Numbered from the stretch's first letter, positions 9,601-19,081 are shown. The stretch is DNA of 44,868 nt from a virus (IMGVR_UViG_3300042503_001575:1-44868); one strand, 5' to 3'. Numbers and translations: made by a program. Notes: generated by a model from the sequence alone, not told the origin.

Positions 9601-10094
9601 TTATCATAAACACCCCTGCTATTTTTTATTCTTTCATTTACCGTAAAGTCAATAGCTTCTTTAATATCAGGTTCTTTATCTGATGCAATAGGTTTAACCC
9701 CTTGAAATATTTTTGAAGATGGTCTTGAAGATTGAGTTTGTGCAACTTCTTCACCCAATAAGAAACCTGATTTTTGTTTTTGTTTTGGTTGTGGCTTATC
9801 ACCTACATCACTTAAAAAACTTCCACTAACCAACTTATTACCTTCTTGTAATGGTAATTGAGATTGCGTACCCAAAGACGGAGATATTGTAGGTTCTTTT
9901 TTTTTTAAATAAGTGTCATTGATATAATTAAACTTATCTTCTGTTAAATCTTCTCCAATGGTAGCATAGAAATTTTTAACAAAGTCTTGTTCTTTACCCG
10001 CATAAGTCTTTTGAATATAATCTAACTTATCAGATGTAAGTTCTCTGTTTTTTGATGTATATAAGTTTTGTACTAATTCTTTAAAATCAGGCAT
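6630..10094 (-). CDS. Large internal virion / ejection protein (1154 aa) with a possible ADP-ribosyltransferase-like insert
   Basis: Gly/Ala-rich membrane-type helices, charged coiled coils, YRTLSSKEIDSITESG segment; position after the tail genes. Confidence 0.6.
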   Translation of the reverse strand: MPDFKELVQNLYTSKNRELTSDKLDYIQKTYAGKEQDFVKNFYATIGEDLTEDKFNYINDTYLKKKEPTISPSLGTQSQLPLQEGNKLVSGSFLSDVGDKPQPKQKQKSGFLLGEEVAQTQSSRPSSKIFQGVKPIASDKEPDIKEAIDFTVNERIKNSRGVYDKTLPNPTKEEINKEKDFVTNLYKNGELVPVKENGKSKLVRGTGAIESFLNAVNTKFEHEAVNNFLANANEEEKINYLNNKLLVTQEQKSAPSGVGGEIGEFVGENIGMLGKGVIASLAATQAALPTGGGSYLQFLSMAEDMGYGGYGSVLESNYIRLKQQNPNISDKEAYDKANNAALVGEITGLATNAALAGSISQNLLGKAPKPNIEVKGVLDGIVNSAKHAVKSYPKVGGVSVAGSLINDLASKGIGVDVKGDEMASNALESAKQMAIMHFGLWGMTEPFKIPSYIRPQIENLVASAPREEVADFYQDGEQKGIFKQGTTQMVLSKLSKFDEQKAVLANMPLSEEQKAAMTGKLLQRQKLVEENSQLKKYGSSFNDKIIENEAKINQLDKETNGISKTKDIFKFEKDNITGEPAKIKEESEVLQPTEDKISTTETVSEVIGEPKEGEVEFKNRVFESNVQLGEAPKEAHISEEGYNYRTLSSKEIDSITESGEVLPREGKQKGGNVNTKYWTKGNGKNWYGDKESQETIRVKQDKFSENKPVKAEDLEIYNKETKQFEPLIKEKQTPSELPIVKEEGGVGVEAKKADIERRRQEELDSVDISKGGKIPIEGYEEFYKNVKAKYDAELAALKIPKAEVKPTEAKEEGKLKPKPIIAESKRVEVEPEAKEGVKVATLSGMTESERAERVKERQKETGLNEREVNNNDLIKMADAAQVARGNEKSKIQGAIRQKVRELNSKLGDEFYRYNGVFIQVKSKSKKVGDRFVKAKGTSRDSSLGALKEGSVLLMDRDENFKRKYEELVDSPNLTSLDVDRGDGVRMTEAQIESAVQDIADGIPSVQANNLLNALENGFNKNLFDLKDKTFGKVGATLDEFIGVDKENVTTPMDEEALMAYLEDEANMTKEEKENINDLINEYEQQPRTIEVEGEIPEAKPTTKEGGAKQPEPVKKGEEKRESYKDLTRNEKRQIINSKFDELLKELKIEKICPT

Positions 10095-10096
10095 AA

Positions 10097-11419
10097 TTAT
10101 AATTTTGAATCTTTTTTACCTTGCACTATTTTACCCCTTGTGCTTGTTGGGGAAAGCTTAGGAGCAGTATTTTGTGATTTCTCTAACTTAACATCGCTTC
10201 CCAAGAAGTTTTGATGAAGTGATATAAGCTTAGCTAATAATTGCGGATCTTTAAGATTAAATTGTTGTGATTGTGGAACCGCAACTTTGTTTACATCTAT
10301 TGTGTAGTTAACTTTAAAATCATCAGTTTTTGGAATAAATTTAATGTCTTTAAATCCAATTTGATCACCTCCTAAAGAAAACTTAGCTTGTCTTTTCCAA
10401 TTTGAAAAATAATTATTTGCCGATTCTTCGTTCTTGCTACCTAAAACATTTAATCCTTGATTTAAATAAGTCAATGGATCTGTAGCTCTATTTGAAGCAG
10501 ATCTTATATCTTGCCTTTTCTGACCTTCTCTAAAATACCACTCTTTAGAAAAATCAAATCCAGTTATATCTTCTCTTTTTGGTTGCTTAGTAGCTAATCC
10601 ATAAGCAACTACTAAATCTTCTGGAGTTTTTATATCTACACCAAAATTTTTCTTATAAGTAGGATTCAATTGATTAACAAAATCCTTGTCTTTAATTAAA
10701 TCATTATACTGCTCTTGAGTACCCAAATTACTTCTATAATAACTTCTTGCTCTTTGAGAATAATTATTAGCAACTTCTGGAGTAATTGATTCAACCTTAA
10801 TTTCCTTAACACGACCAGTTGGTTTTTTATTTACAATCTGCTCTTCAAATTCAATTGTACCCGGCAAATCTATACCCTTCCATGTTTTATCAATAAAAGT
10901 CAAATCATCGTGAGGGTCATATATATTTAACTTTGATGTATCAGGACTAACATAACCAGACCTTACTGGCAACATTGAATTATTTAGTATATCTAGGTAA
11001 TTATTAGAAACATGTTTACCAGACTTTATAGCTTGATTTATATAATCCTTAAATGCCTTTCTCTCCGCTGTAGCTTGCTTACCTTCCTCAATAAACCCTT
11101 GCAAATCTTTAAACCCAGCCATTAATGTTGATTGAGCATCGTAACCATACTTTGATGGGTTAGTAATTGCTTGTTTATTTTTAATTCCATATTCTTGAAC
11201 TTCTTTCAATTTCTTCGCAAAAATATCAATCTCAGCTTTAGATAAACCAGCAGGGTTTATACTTTTTTCCCAATCCTTAAAATACTTATCTACAGCTTCG
11301 GCTTTAGCTTGTTGCTTTTGCATAAGATTAATAGCCAATTGAGTTGGCTTAGATGAAATATCTATTGCAACATTTCCTCTTCTATATGGATTTATACCCA
11401 ATAATCCCGTACTTGCCAT
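10097..11419 (-). CDS. Probable internal virion / ejection protein (440 aa)
   Basis: Helical, Lys/Gln-rich N-terminus; synteny. Confidence 0.5.
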   Translation of the reverse strand: MASTGLLGINPYRRGNVAIDISSKPTQLAINLMQKQQAKAEAVDKYFKDWEKSINPAGLSKAEIDIFAKKLKEVQEYGIKNKQAITNPSKYGYDAQSTLMAGFKDLQGFIEEGKQATAERKAFKDYINQAIKSGKHVSNNYLDILNNSMLPVRSGYVSPDTSKLNIYDPHDDLTFIDKTWKGIDLPGTIEFEEQIVNKKPTGRVKEIKVESITPEVANNYSQRARSYYRSNLGTQEQYNDLIKDKDFVNQLNPTYKKNFGVDIKTPEDLVVAYGLATKQPKREDITGFDFSKEWYFREGQKRQDIRSASNRATDPLTYLNQGLNVLGSKNEESANNYFSNWKRQAKFSLGGDQIGFKDIKFIPKTDDFKVNYTIDVNKVAVPQSQQFNLKDPQLLAKLISLHQNFLGSDVKLEKSQNTAPKLSPTSTRGKIVQGKKDSKL

Positions 11420-11444
11420 TAAGATTTATATTTACTTTTATTAA

Positions 11445-12206
11445 TTATTGATATCTGCCTATACCCATAGGCATTGGTTTAATATTCATTCCACTTCTTC
11501 TAGGTAATGTTTTTGGTGCTTGTGGCATACCTGTTTGTAATGGCGTTGAAACGGTTTGCTCCATTGGCGTTGCTGAAAAACTAAAAGGGCTTTGTCCCGT
11601 ATTACTACCCATGTATTGCATACCAATCATTGCCGCATTACTTAATCCCTGACCTGCCATCTGCATACCAGCATTATATCTTTCACCAGCGGCTGCGCCT
11701 TTCATTTGCTCTAATTGCAATCTACGTTGATAAGGAGTCATTACATTAATATCAAACAATTCATCTTCATCTCTTTTCTTCATTTGAGTAGCTCTACTTA
11801 GTTCAGAAAACCTTTGAGCTTGCATTTGCTCTCCTTGAGCGACTGCTCTTTGAGAAGCCCCACTCTCCATGCTACCTAACCTAGATATACCACCAATTGC
11901 AGATCTTCTATCCTGTAACGCACTTAAACCAGAAGCTGTTGTTCTTCTAGCATTTTGCATTGCTTGTTGGTATGCAGCTGATTGATAAGGGCTTTCCTTG
12001 TATCTATTTAAAGCTTGTTGGTAATAATCATTTAATGATTTACTTTCTTTTCTTAATGGACTATTTGCGGCTTGTCTTTCAAGTTCAGCTTGCGCTCTTC
12101 TTTGTTGCCTATTTGCACTTGCCATTTGAACACCACCCATAGCAAGTGATCCAACTGTACCTGCTGCTGCAATTGTACCGGCAACTCCTAATGCTGCAAA
12201 ACTCAT
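11445..12206 (-). CDS. Small ejection / pilot protein (T7 gp14-like composition)
   Basis: Hydrophobic Ala/Gly N-terminus followed by Gln/Arg-rich helix; first of the ejection series. Confidence 0.65.
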   Translation of the reverse strand: MSFAALGVAGTIAAAGTVGSLAMGGVQMASANRQQRRAQAELERQAANSPLRKESKSLNDYYQQALNRYKESPYQSAAYQQAMQNARRTTASGLSALQDRRSAIGGISRLGSMESGASQRAVAQGEQMQAQRFSELSRATQMKKRDEDELFDINVMTPYQRRLQLEQMKGAAAGERYNAGMQMAGQGLSNAAMIGMQYMGSNTGQSPFSFSATPMEQTVSTPLQTGMPQAPKTLPRRSGMNIKPMPMGIGRYQ

Positions 12207-12700
12207 AATTCTAAATTTTTAGTATTACTCAATATTTTTCTATATTCTTTGCCAATATCAGTGCCTGTTATAAGATTTATATGTGGCTCCAATATTTTAT
12301 CTTCTATATTCTCTACTATTTTCACCTTTTCTTCATCACTTAAATCATTGTAATCAGATTTCATTCCATCTATTCTGTGAAATGTAGTCCAAATACAATC
12401 TTCAATTATGAATAAAATTCTCCTTGTTCCGGGTTTTGTAATTCCAGTATAAGGAGCCGTTATTTCATACCACTCTTGCGCATCTACTGATACTGCCACC
12501 TTACCGTAAGATACAACATACGGGTGTTCCGTTTTGTGTATTTTACTTGTCCATAAAGAACCTGCTGGCATAAAGATTTCTCTTATGTACATACCATCAG
12601 TAAATTTATGAACTAGTGGCGCATCTACTAATTCGTCAGGATATTCTATTATAGCTGCTTCTAAATTATCAACTACACTGTCATTTTCCCTAATAATCAT
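12203..12700 (-). CDS. Cupin-fold phage protein
   Basis: HKFTDGMYIREIFMPAG..SKIHKTEHP..G, APYTGITKPGTRR, WTTFH: His-containing cupin barrel motifs. Confidence 0.7.
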   Translation of the reverse strand: MIIRENDSVVDNLEAAIIEYPDELVDAPLVHKFTDGMYIREIFMPAGSLWTSKIHKTEHPYVVSYGKVAVSVDAQEWYEITAPYTGITKPGTRRILFIIEDCIWTTFHRIDGMKSDYNDLSDEEKVKIVENIEDKILEPHINLITGTDIGKEYRKILSNTKNLEL

Positions 12701-13245
12701 TACCTATTATTTAATGGCGAATTAATATATTTAGTCGTTGCGCTGTTCAAATATACGAAAGAATTTGCACTTGCTTTCTCAAATTTTATAACAATATAAT
12801 TACCCTTCAAGCTATCCCCTTCAATAAGGCCTCCCGGACTATTTGAGTTCCTTAAAAATGATGCATGATACTCGGATTCTAAGTCTTGGAAGTCTGTTGC
12901 TAAAAGCTCACTATCCTGTCTAGTTCCAGCACTTTCCATCTGGGTATATATATCTGGGCAAGCCCACACTGTATTTCCTGTTTCCATAACAGAAATCCAC
13001 GTCTTTTTATCCAATGAATTTGAGTTAAATACTGGAGTTATTGATGCATTGTATTGGGTTCCATAGAAATTACAATAAGGAGTAGTTCCATGCTTCCAAA
13101 TTCCACCATTTTTAAATGTAAACATGGTAGTATTTATCTCACCCATAAATTCAGGGTAATACGAGTAAAAAGACTCAAAAGCATTATCAGCCTCTGAAAA
13201 AGCTATTGTAAATGGATCTTGATGAAAGTATAATGTATTTGACAT
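12700..13245 (-). CDS. C-terminal fragment of tail muzzle / stabilisation (tail tubular B-like) protein
   Basis: TIAFSE..NAFESFYSYYPE..MFTFKNGGIWKH..CNFYG..K.W..GDSLKGNY matches the usual C-terminus of crAss-related muzzle proteins as I recall them. Confidence 0.7.
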   Translation of the reverse strand: MSNTLYFHQDPFTIAFSEADNAFESFYSYYPEFMGEINTTMFTFKNGGIWKHGTTPYCNFYGTQYNASITPVFNSNSLDKKTWISVMETGNTVWACPDIYTQMESAGTRQDSELLATDFQDLESEYHASFLRNSNSPGGLIEGDSLKGNYIVIKFEKASANSFVYLNSATTKYINSPLNNR

Positions 13246-13254
13246 TTAATTTAA

Positions 13255-13541
13255 TTTATTTAACTCTTATCAATTTAATAACAATTTAAAACATTAGTAC
13301 ACTGACCGCTACCATTAATTTCTATTATTCTAACAATTGCAGGGGCAGTATCTAAAACTATTCCGTATTCATCCGCAGGATTTCCAACAAAAGGGGTTGT
13401 TCCTCCTGAATCTGTGTATAAAATTTTACCACCCATAGCCACTACACTTACGGCATCACAGTATATATCTATTGACCTCGTAAGATCACAAGTTCCACCT
13501 AAGCCTATTGTCTGACCAAACGACATAGTAAATTTAGATAA
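13255..13541. repeat. Direct repeat, copy 1 (C-terminal module, stop codon and 3' spacer)
   Basis: Colinear with 14149-14435 at an 894-bp offset; 23 nt identical around and after the stop (tttatttaactcttatcaattta). Confidence 0.9.
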
Positions 13542-14135
13542 TTCTATTACTGCTGTTGTAGTTGTAGTTGTTGGCTCAACAGTAGTTGTTGTGGTTGTTG
13601 GTGGAACCGTTGTTGTTGTAGTTGTAGTTGTACTAGTTGTACTAGTTGTAGTAGTAGTACTAGTTGTTGTTGTAGTTGGCGCAACCGTTGTTGTTGTAGT
13701 AGTTGTTGGTGCAACTGTGGTTGTAGTAGTTGTGGTTGGCGCAAATGTTGTTGTGGTAGTTGTAGTTGGTGCAACCGTTGTAGTTGTAGTTGTAGTAGGG
13801 CCAGCCGTTGTAGTAGTTGTGGTTGGCGCAACAGTAGTAGTACTAGTAGTGCTAGTAGTAGTAGTAGTAGTAGTAGTAGGCGCAACGGTTGTTGTTGTCG
13901 TGGTGGTGGGTGGCCCACATGGTATTGCTTGGGTTATTGAGTTTGTGCAAGCACCCGTTGATGTTACAGTAACTTGTGTTGCTGCATCATTTACACTTAC
14001 ACTTTTACCAGCTATTAATTCACTTTTAGTTGCAGTTGATGGCGTAACACTTCCTACATTTGTGGTAAGGTTAAAGTTAGGGCCTAAATTAGCTCCCAAA
14101 CCAGCTCCTAATGTTAATGTTATAACTCTTGCCAT
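13275..14135 (-). CDS. Thr-rich mucin-like virion accessory protein (N-domain, poly-Thr stalk, Cys-containing C-domain)
   Basis: About 120-aa (T)n-VAP repeat stalk; C-domain is a paralogue of the end of 14169..18020. Confidence 0.75.
   Translation of the reverse strand: MARVITLTLGAGLGANLGPNFNLTTNVGSVTPSTATKSELIAGKSVSVNDAATQVTVTSTGACTNSITQAIPCGPPTTTTTTTVAPTTTTTTTTSTTSTTTVAPTTTTTTAGPTTTTTTTVAPTTTTTTTFAPTTTTTTTVAPTTTTTTTVAPTTTTTSTTTTTSTTSTTTTTTTTVPPTTTTTTVEPTTTTTTAVIELSKFTMSFGQTIGLGGTCDLTRSIDIYCDAVSVVAMGGKILYTDSGGTTPFVGNPADEYGIVLDTAPAIVRIIEINGSGQCTNVLNCY
13550..13915. repeat. Degenerate ACN-codon low-complexity repeat encoding poly-Thr with (V)AP spacers
   Basis: gtt/gta/gtg triplet runs on the + strand. 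Confidence 0.95.
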
Positions 14136-14148
14136 TTTTTATAATATT

Positions 14149-14435
14149 TTTATTTAACTCTTATCAATTTAGTAACAATTCAAAACATTAGTACACTGAC
14201 CACTACCGTTTATTTCTACTATTCTAACAATTGCAGGAGCAGAATCTAAAATTATTCCATATTCATCTGCAGGATTTCCAACGAAAGGAGTTGTTCCCGC
14301 TAGGTCTGTGTAGAAAATTTTACCAGATGTAGCCACTACACTTACAGCATTGCAATATACATCTACAGTTCGTGGCAAGTCGCACGCTCCACCTGTACCT
14401 ATTGGTTGACCTACTGAAATAGTAAATTTAGATAA
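14149..14435. repeat. Direct repeat, copy 2
   Basis: See copy 1; many differences are synonymous third-position changes. Confidence 0.9.
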
Positions 14436-17400
14436 TGCTATTGTTGTTGTCGTTGTTGTTGGCGCAATAGTTGTCGTTGTGGTAGTGGTTGTTGTAGTTG
14501 TCGTTGTTGTTGTATTACACACAATTACCAAACCATCGTAATTACAAGATGGAGTATATCTATTAATTTCCTCCATAGCAATAATGTACTTATTTGTATT
14601 TGCATCAAATACGCCATAAATACAAGGATTTCCAGAATAAACCGCTCCTGTAGCAGGCACCCCATTGTTTAAATCCTGTCTATATGCAGCTAATGTAGCC
14701 ACAAAGAAAGCATTTGTTTTATTGGTAATACTAATTGGGGTTATTCCGTCTTGAGCTAATCTACAAACAACACCCCTAAAATTATCTACAAAATAGTCTG
14801 CAAAATTATTCCATGCAAGACTGGTAGCAGCATCACCAATACCATAATCTCCAGCATAATACTGAATCTTATTAATTAATTGATTACTATTTGCTTGTAA
14901 CGGGTTACCGGTTACATCTTTTACAATCTGAGTTAAAATAGGAACATTACCTACTTTAAAATTTTGGTAAACCTTCAAATACCTATCTCTTACATGAAGC
15001 CTTAACACATCACCAAATGATCTATCATACTCATCAAAATCTTCATAAATAAATCTATTTGTAGCATTAATATTGGTATTTGATTGATATGCCTGACCAA
15101 ACCTAATTAATGTAGGGAAATATGTTTGTCCAGCATTTTCGTCTATTACAGAAGGCCTTCCGTTACTATTTGTGATTAAATTATAAGTATCATTAAAGCT
15201 GCTTTCTATAATTTCAATTGTAGAATTTCTTAAAACCTGAAAATCAAATGCCATTGGCTGAATAACAACAGTATTGCTCACGCCAGAATCATTTGTAGAC
15301 TTAGCTACAATATACACTTTACCTGTTTGAGGAACATTAATCTGTTTATCAATAGTAAATATAGTATCTACGTTTGCAGCTATATCATTTACTTCTATTG
15401 GCAATAATGAAACCGTAAATTTAGGAGATAAAGGAACAATATCAGTGCATATGAGAGCATAAACAGAAAGCTGAGATGTGCCATTTGATAATGCTCTAAA
15501 AGTTCCTTTTATTGACACCGGCTGCTGTAATGTAGTAGACTTATTGTAGAAAAAATATGCAGTACTACTCCAAACAGGGAAAAATCCGGGGTTCAGATTA
15601 ATTGAATTATTTGGTTGTGTTTGAATCCTATAAGAAGTATTGTCTATTGTTGGCGTAACAGTAACTGGAAAAGTTTCCGTATTACTACTTCCGGAACCAA
15701 CCGTTAGAATATTAAAAGTATCTGACCTGTAATTATATTTATAACTATAAGGAACTGTTCTAAGTCTATAGAACAAATCACCATTATTAATAGCTAATGT
15801 AGCTCCTCCATTTGGTAATTTTGTTAATCCAAAATGGTATCTTGTTGGCAACCCAGCATCTCCAATACCATACTGTTTACCGAACTCATAATAAAATCTT
15901 TGGGTTGATGAAGCGTTATTTGTATAATTATACAATAAAATTTCGTAGTGCTGAAAATCTTCTGTACCCGGAAACTGGAATGTTGAATCTATATCGTCAT
16001 AAGGGTATCTTATTTTTAAGAAATTACCAACAGCCGTTTGAGTATTATTACTATTGGTTACGGTATAATCAATTGTAGAAACGGTACCAACTATTTCATA
16101 ATCAAATTGGCTAGTAATATCTTGAGCTGTACCTATAACATCATATCTTCTTATAAATTTAATCCTATCGCCTTCTGTATAATTATAAGAAACAACATTT
16201 TGAGTAGAGCTTATTTGATCATTATAATCTTGGATATTACTAATTCCTATAAAAATAAATTTTGTATTATCTACCCCAGAAGGCAATGATGTGTAAGCTG
16301 AATCACTTACCCAGCAAAGACGCTTATTATAAGTTGTGTTATTTGATCTTACTATCTGATAATAAGAAGCGTACAATGGTGGCCTATTTAATATAGATAA
16401 ATTAACCAAAGGAAAATCATCAGCAAGAACTCTTGACGGGGTATTAATTACCGCTTTTGGTGATGTTTGTGTACCAATAGTTCTACCTTGTGCATCAAAG
16501 TATTGAATACCATATTGGTAACCAGCATTCCAAACATTTGCAAATCTTGTGTTATCATTATCCAATGCAGGGAAAGTAGCGAAAGCTGTTGATGTCAATA
16601 CAAAACCACCTGCAAAAGACATAGTAAGTTTATTACCAACTAATGAAACTTGAGTATATCCTTCCAAGACCATAGCAGCAGATATGCCAGCTAAAATATC
16701 ACTTACTAAATAATTAGTAGTAATTCCGGTAGTCGCATAGGATGTACTTAAATCTGTTCCGCTTGAACTAAAAGAGTTAATAAAATAACCGCCTGCTGCG
16801 TTATTTAATTCCGTAACATTGCCATTTACATCGTTAGTGCCTGTACCATAAAGATATATATCCATTACAGTTCCAGTTCCACTATCATTACCATTTACAG
16901 AAGCAAAGAAAGATATACCACATTGATCATAAAAATAACTTGATGCAGTTGAATATGTTGTTGCCTCTAATTCAACATCTGTTTTATCATAACCCTCTAA
17001 AATTCCTGCGTATAACAATACGTTACCGTTTGCAAGTTCTGCCGCATTTGCTCTTTGAGGAACCCAATCTTGTAATTGGTCAGACTCAATAACATCAATT
17101 TGAGCATAAATTGAATCATTATAAAATCTAAAATAATGAATATCGTTATCATTTATTCCAAGTGCTGCTTTATCAAAAGATTGTATTAAATACCAATCAC
17201 TAGTACCACTAGTTAGTGTTTCCCTAAAACAAACTTCAATAGCTTTAACATTAGGGCCTCCTGTAGAAAAGTTTACAGCAATTCTTGAGTTATAAGTGTA
17301 TGCTGGTATTGGAGGATCAGGGCTTATGTCGCTAGTAAGGTTTAATGTTGGCTGCTGCGGCAATGGAACTATACTTTTTGAACTCCATACAGACTTTTCA

Positions 17401-18020
17401 AAATTATCATAAACATATCTGTACGAAAATTGAAACAACTTGTTCCTTAAATTATTAATAGTAACTGTAGTATCATTCTCATAAGTAACTTGAGGAGGCA
17501 TTACTGGAGGGGCTTTTGCAACTAGCAAATAATCCGCAACCCAGTTAGTTCCGTATATATCATTTACATTTAAGTTTCTAGGAGGATTATACCCATCATT
17601 AAAGAATATTAAATCTCCTTCTAAATCTCTATAAAATATATTAATAGATAGAACTTTGTAAGAAGGATTGAAATTTAAAATATCAACCCCGTTACTATCT
17701 GTTTTACTTTGAAGAACCGTTACAATTGCTTGGGTACTCAAATTATAATAAGCAATTGTATGATAGCCATCACTATTCCAAATAAAATAATAAGCTCTAT
17801 TTCTTACTTTATCTCCATAAAATCCAATAACCTTACTTATACCACTTGGCAACGTATAGTTTATTAAAGTATTTCCTAAAATATTAGAAACCACTTTGTC
17901 CTGTCCACGACCTTGTGCGTCTTTTGTGACGTTTAATGCATCTATATAATCATTATTAGTGACTCTATATTCCGCATCATCTAGGTTTAGTTTTCCACTA
18001 AAAGGAGTATTTATTATCAT
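14169..18020 (-). CDS. Tail muzzle / stabilisation protein, N-terminal part, fused to a Thr linker and small module
   Basis: FSGKLNLDD..DYIDALNV start; QFSYRYVYD..S.WS, ELANGNVLLYAG.LEGYD, YQYGIQYFD.QGR, YYAGDYGI, RGVVCRL..DGITPIS motifs of crAss-related muzzle proteins. Confidence 0.75.
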   Translation of the reverse strand: MIINTPFSGKLNLDDAEYRVTNNDYIDALNVTKDAQGRGQDKVVSNILGNTLINYTLPSGISKVIGFYGDKVRNRAYYFIWNSDGYHTIAYYNLSTQAIVTVLQSKTDSNGVDILNFNPSYKVLSINIFYRDLEGDLIFFNDGYNPPRNLNVNDIYGTNWVADYLLVAKAPPVMPPQVTYENDTTVTINNLRNKLFQFSYRYVYDNFEKSVWSSKSIVPLPQQPTLNLTSDISPDPPIPAYTYNSRIAVNFSTGGPNVKAIEVCFRETLTSGTSDWYLIQSFDKAALGINDNDIHYFRFYNDSIYAQIDVIESDQLQDWVPQRANAAELANGNVLLYAGILEGYDKTDVELEATTYSTASSYFYDQCGISFFASVNGNDSGTGTVMDIYLYGTGTNDVNGNVTELNNAAGGYFINSFSSSGTDLSTSYATTGITTNYLVSDILAGISAAMVLEGYTQVSLVGNKLTMSFAGGFVLTSTAFATFPALDNDNTRFANVWNAGYQYGIQYFDAQGRTIGTQTSPKAVINTPSRVLADDFPLVNLSILNRPPLYASYYQIVRSNNTTYNKRLCWVSDSAYTSLPSGVDNTKFIFIGISNIQDYNDQISSTQNVVSYNYTEGDRIKFIRRYDVIGTAQDITSQFDYEIVGTVSTIDYTVTNSNNTQTAVGNFLKIRYPYDDIDSTFQFPGTEDFQHYEILLYNYTNNASSTQRFYYEFGKQYGIGDAGLPTRYHFGLTKLPNGGATLAINNGDLFYRLRTVPYSYKYNYRSDTFNILTVGSGSSNTETFPVTVTPTIDNTSYRIQTQPNNSINLNPGFFPVWSSTAYFFYNKSTTLQQPVSIKGTFRALSNGTSQLSVYALICTDIVPLSPKFTVSLLPIEVNDIAANVDTIFTIDKQINVPQTGKVYIVAKSTNDSGVSNTVVIQPMAFDFQVLRNSTIEIIESSFNDTYNLITNSNGRPSVIDENAGQTYFPTLIRFGQAYQSNTNINATNRFIYEDFDEYDRSFGDVLRLHVRDRYLKVYQNFKVGNVPILTQIVKDVTGNPLQANSNQLINKIQYYAGDYGIGDAATSLAWNNFADYFVDNFRGVVCRLAQDGITPISITNKTNAFFVATLAAYRQDLNNGVPATGAVYSGNPCIYGVFDANTNKYIIAMEEINRYTPSCNYDGLVIVCNTTTTTTTTTTTTTTTIAPTTTTTTIALSKFTISVGQPIGTGGACDLPRTVDVYCNAVSVVATSGKIFYTDLAGTTPFVGNPADEYGIILDSAPAIVRIVEINGSGQCTNVLNCY

Positions 18021-18023
18021 ATC

Positions 18024-18794
18024 TTATGCCTTAACAGTCATTCTTTGGGTATCTAAATTCAATTCATATCCTTGCATTAAGTATAAAGGTTTAAATTGAG
18101 CATTAGCTAATCTTCTTTGATTATAAAATTCCTGCCTTCTATCTCTTTTATCACCTAAATTACCTCTTCTAGTAGAAGGCATAGATGCAATATCTCTCCA
18201 AGAAATCCATGCAAGCAATGCTTCCCTAAATTGAATAGGTATAGAAAATGTTTCTTCTGGATTACCACTAGATAAATATTCTATCATTAAATAAGAATAA
18301 TAAAAATATTGATTTAAAAGTACAACACCATTTGAATCATCAATATTAAATTGACCTACAAATGGAGAACCACTTGGTAATCCATAAATATTTTGGAAAC
18401 CATATCCATCCCAATAATTAAACCATAAAGGCAAATCTGTCTGATACCATGTTGCCAAAGTATCATCTTGAGTCAAAGCCAATCTATTTGGCTGTTGATC
18501 TCCATAAAATGTCATTTTACTATTAAACTTCAATGGAATAATTTCTCCAACGGAATTTAATACACCTATTTTAGTATAGCTTATATAATCATTAGGTAAT
18601 TGCGCAGTATAATTAGTAGTGTCCACTGGCACCTTAACTGTTCTTATTTTGTAAAAAAAGTCAAGACCAAGCTTTTCCATACCACGCACAGCTATATTAT
18701 ACAATTTAGCGTACTTATGCACTGACTGCTCACTTTCATCAATGTAATCATTGATAACCGAGTCTAATGTTATGTAATTTCTTACTTGGGACAT
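18024..18794 (-). CDS. Tail ring / adaptor protein
   Basis: LPNDYISYTKIG, IEYLSSG..IP..FREALLAWISW pattern; synteny. Confidence 0.65.
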   Translation of the reverse strand: MSQVRNYITLDSVINDYIDESEQSVHKYAKLYNIAVRGMEKLGLDFFYKIRTVKVPVDTTNYTAQLPNDYISYTKIGVLNSVGEIIPLKFNSKMTFYGDQQPNRLALTQDDTLATWYQTDLPLWFNYWDGYGFQNIYGLPSGSPFVGQFNIDDSNGVVLLNQYFYYSYLMIEYLSSGNPEETFSIPIQFREALLAWISWRDIASMPSTRRGNLGDKRDRRQEFYNQRRLANAQFKPLYLMQGYELNLDTQRMTVKA

Positions 18795-18796
18795 TT

Positions 18797-19069
18797 TTAA
18801 TTATTTGAAAAATAAGCTAATATATCATTTTGACGAATCAAAAAATGGATTTCATTATCTATAATAACAGGTTCCCCTGCTCCTTTTATATGAAAAATGC
18901 AATCGTCTTTTTTTGCTTCCATTTCTACTTTAGCTGTACCACGACCAACTGAAATTACCTTAGCTTTACTGCTTCTTTCCCTAAATCCTTCAGGGATAAA
19001 CAATCCACCTTCTGTAATTTCATCAGCCATAAACGGTTTTACTAAAACAAAATCTCTAATTGGTTTCAT
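18797..19069 (-). CDS. groES: Co-chaperonin GroES (Cpn10)
   Basis: MKPIRDFVLVKP..EITEGGLFIP..AKVISVGRG..LIRQNDILA. Confidence 0.92.
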   Translation of the reverse strand: MKPIRDFVLVKPFMADEITEGGLFIPEGFRERSSKAKVISVGRGTAKVEMEAKKDDCIFHIKGAGEPVIIDNEIHFLIRQNDILAYFSNN

Positions 19070-19081
19070 TGGTTATTATTT

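Noticed and set aside
2318-10094. Virion RNA polymerase subunits
   Set aside because: No DxDxD catalytic motif was noticed and the proteins are smaller than crAss virion RNAPs.
13547-14157. Poly-Val (+) and Leu/Gln-rich (-) ORFs
   Set aside because: Shadow frames of the poly-Thr codon repeat.
13255-14435. Diversity-generating retroelement TR/VR pair
   Set aside because: Differences involve all bases and are often synonymous rather than adenine-specific, both copies are coding, and no reverse transcriptase is in the window.
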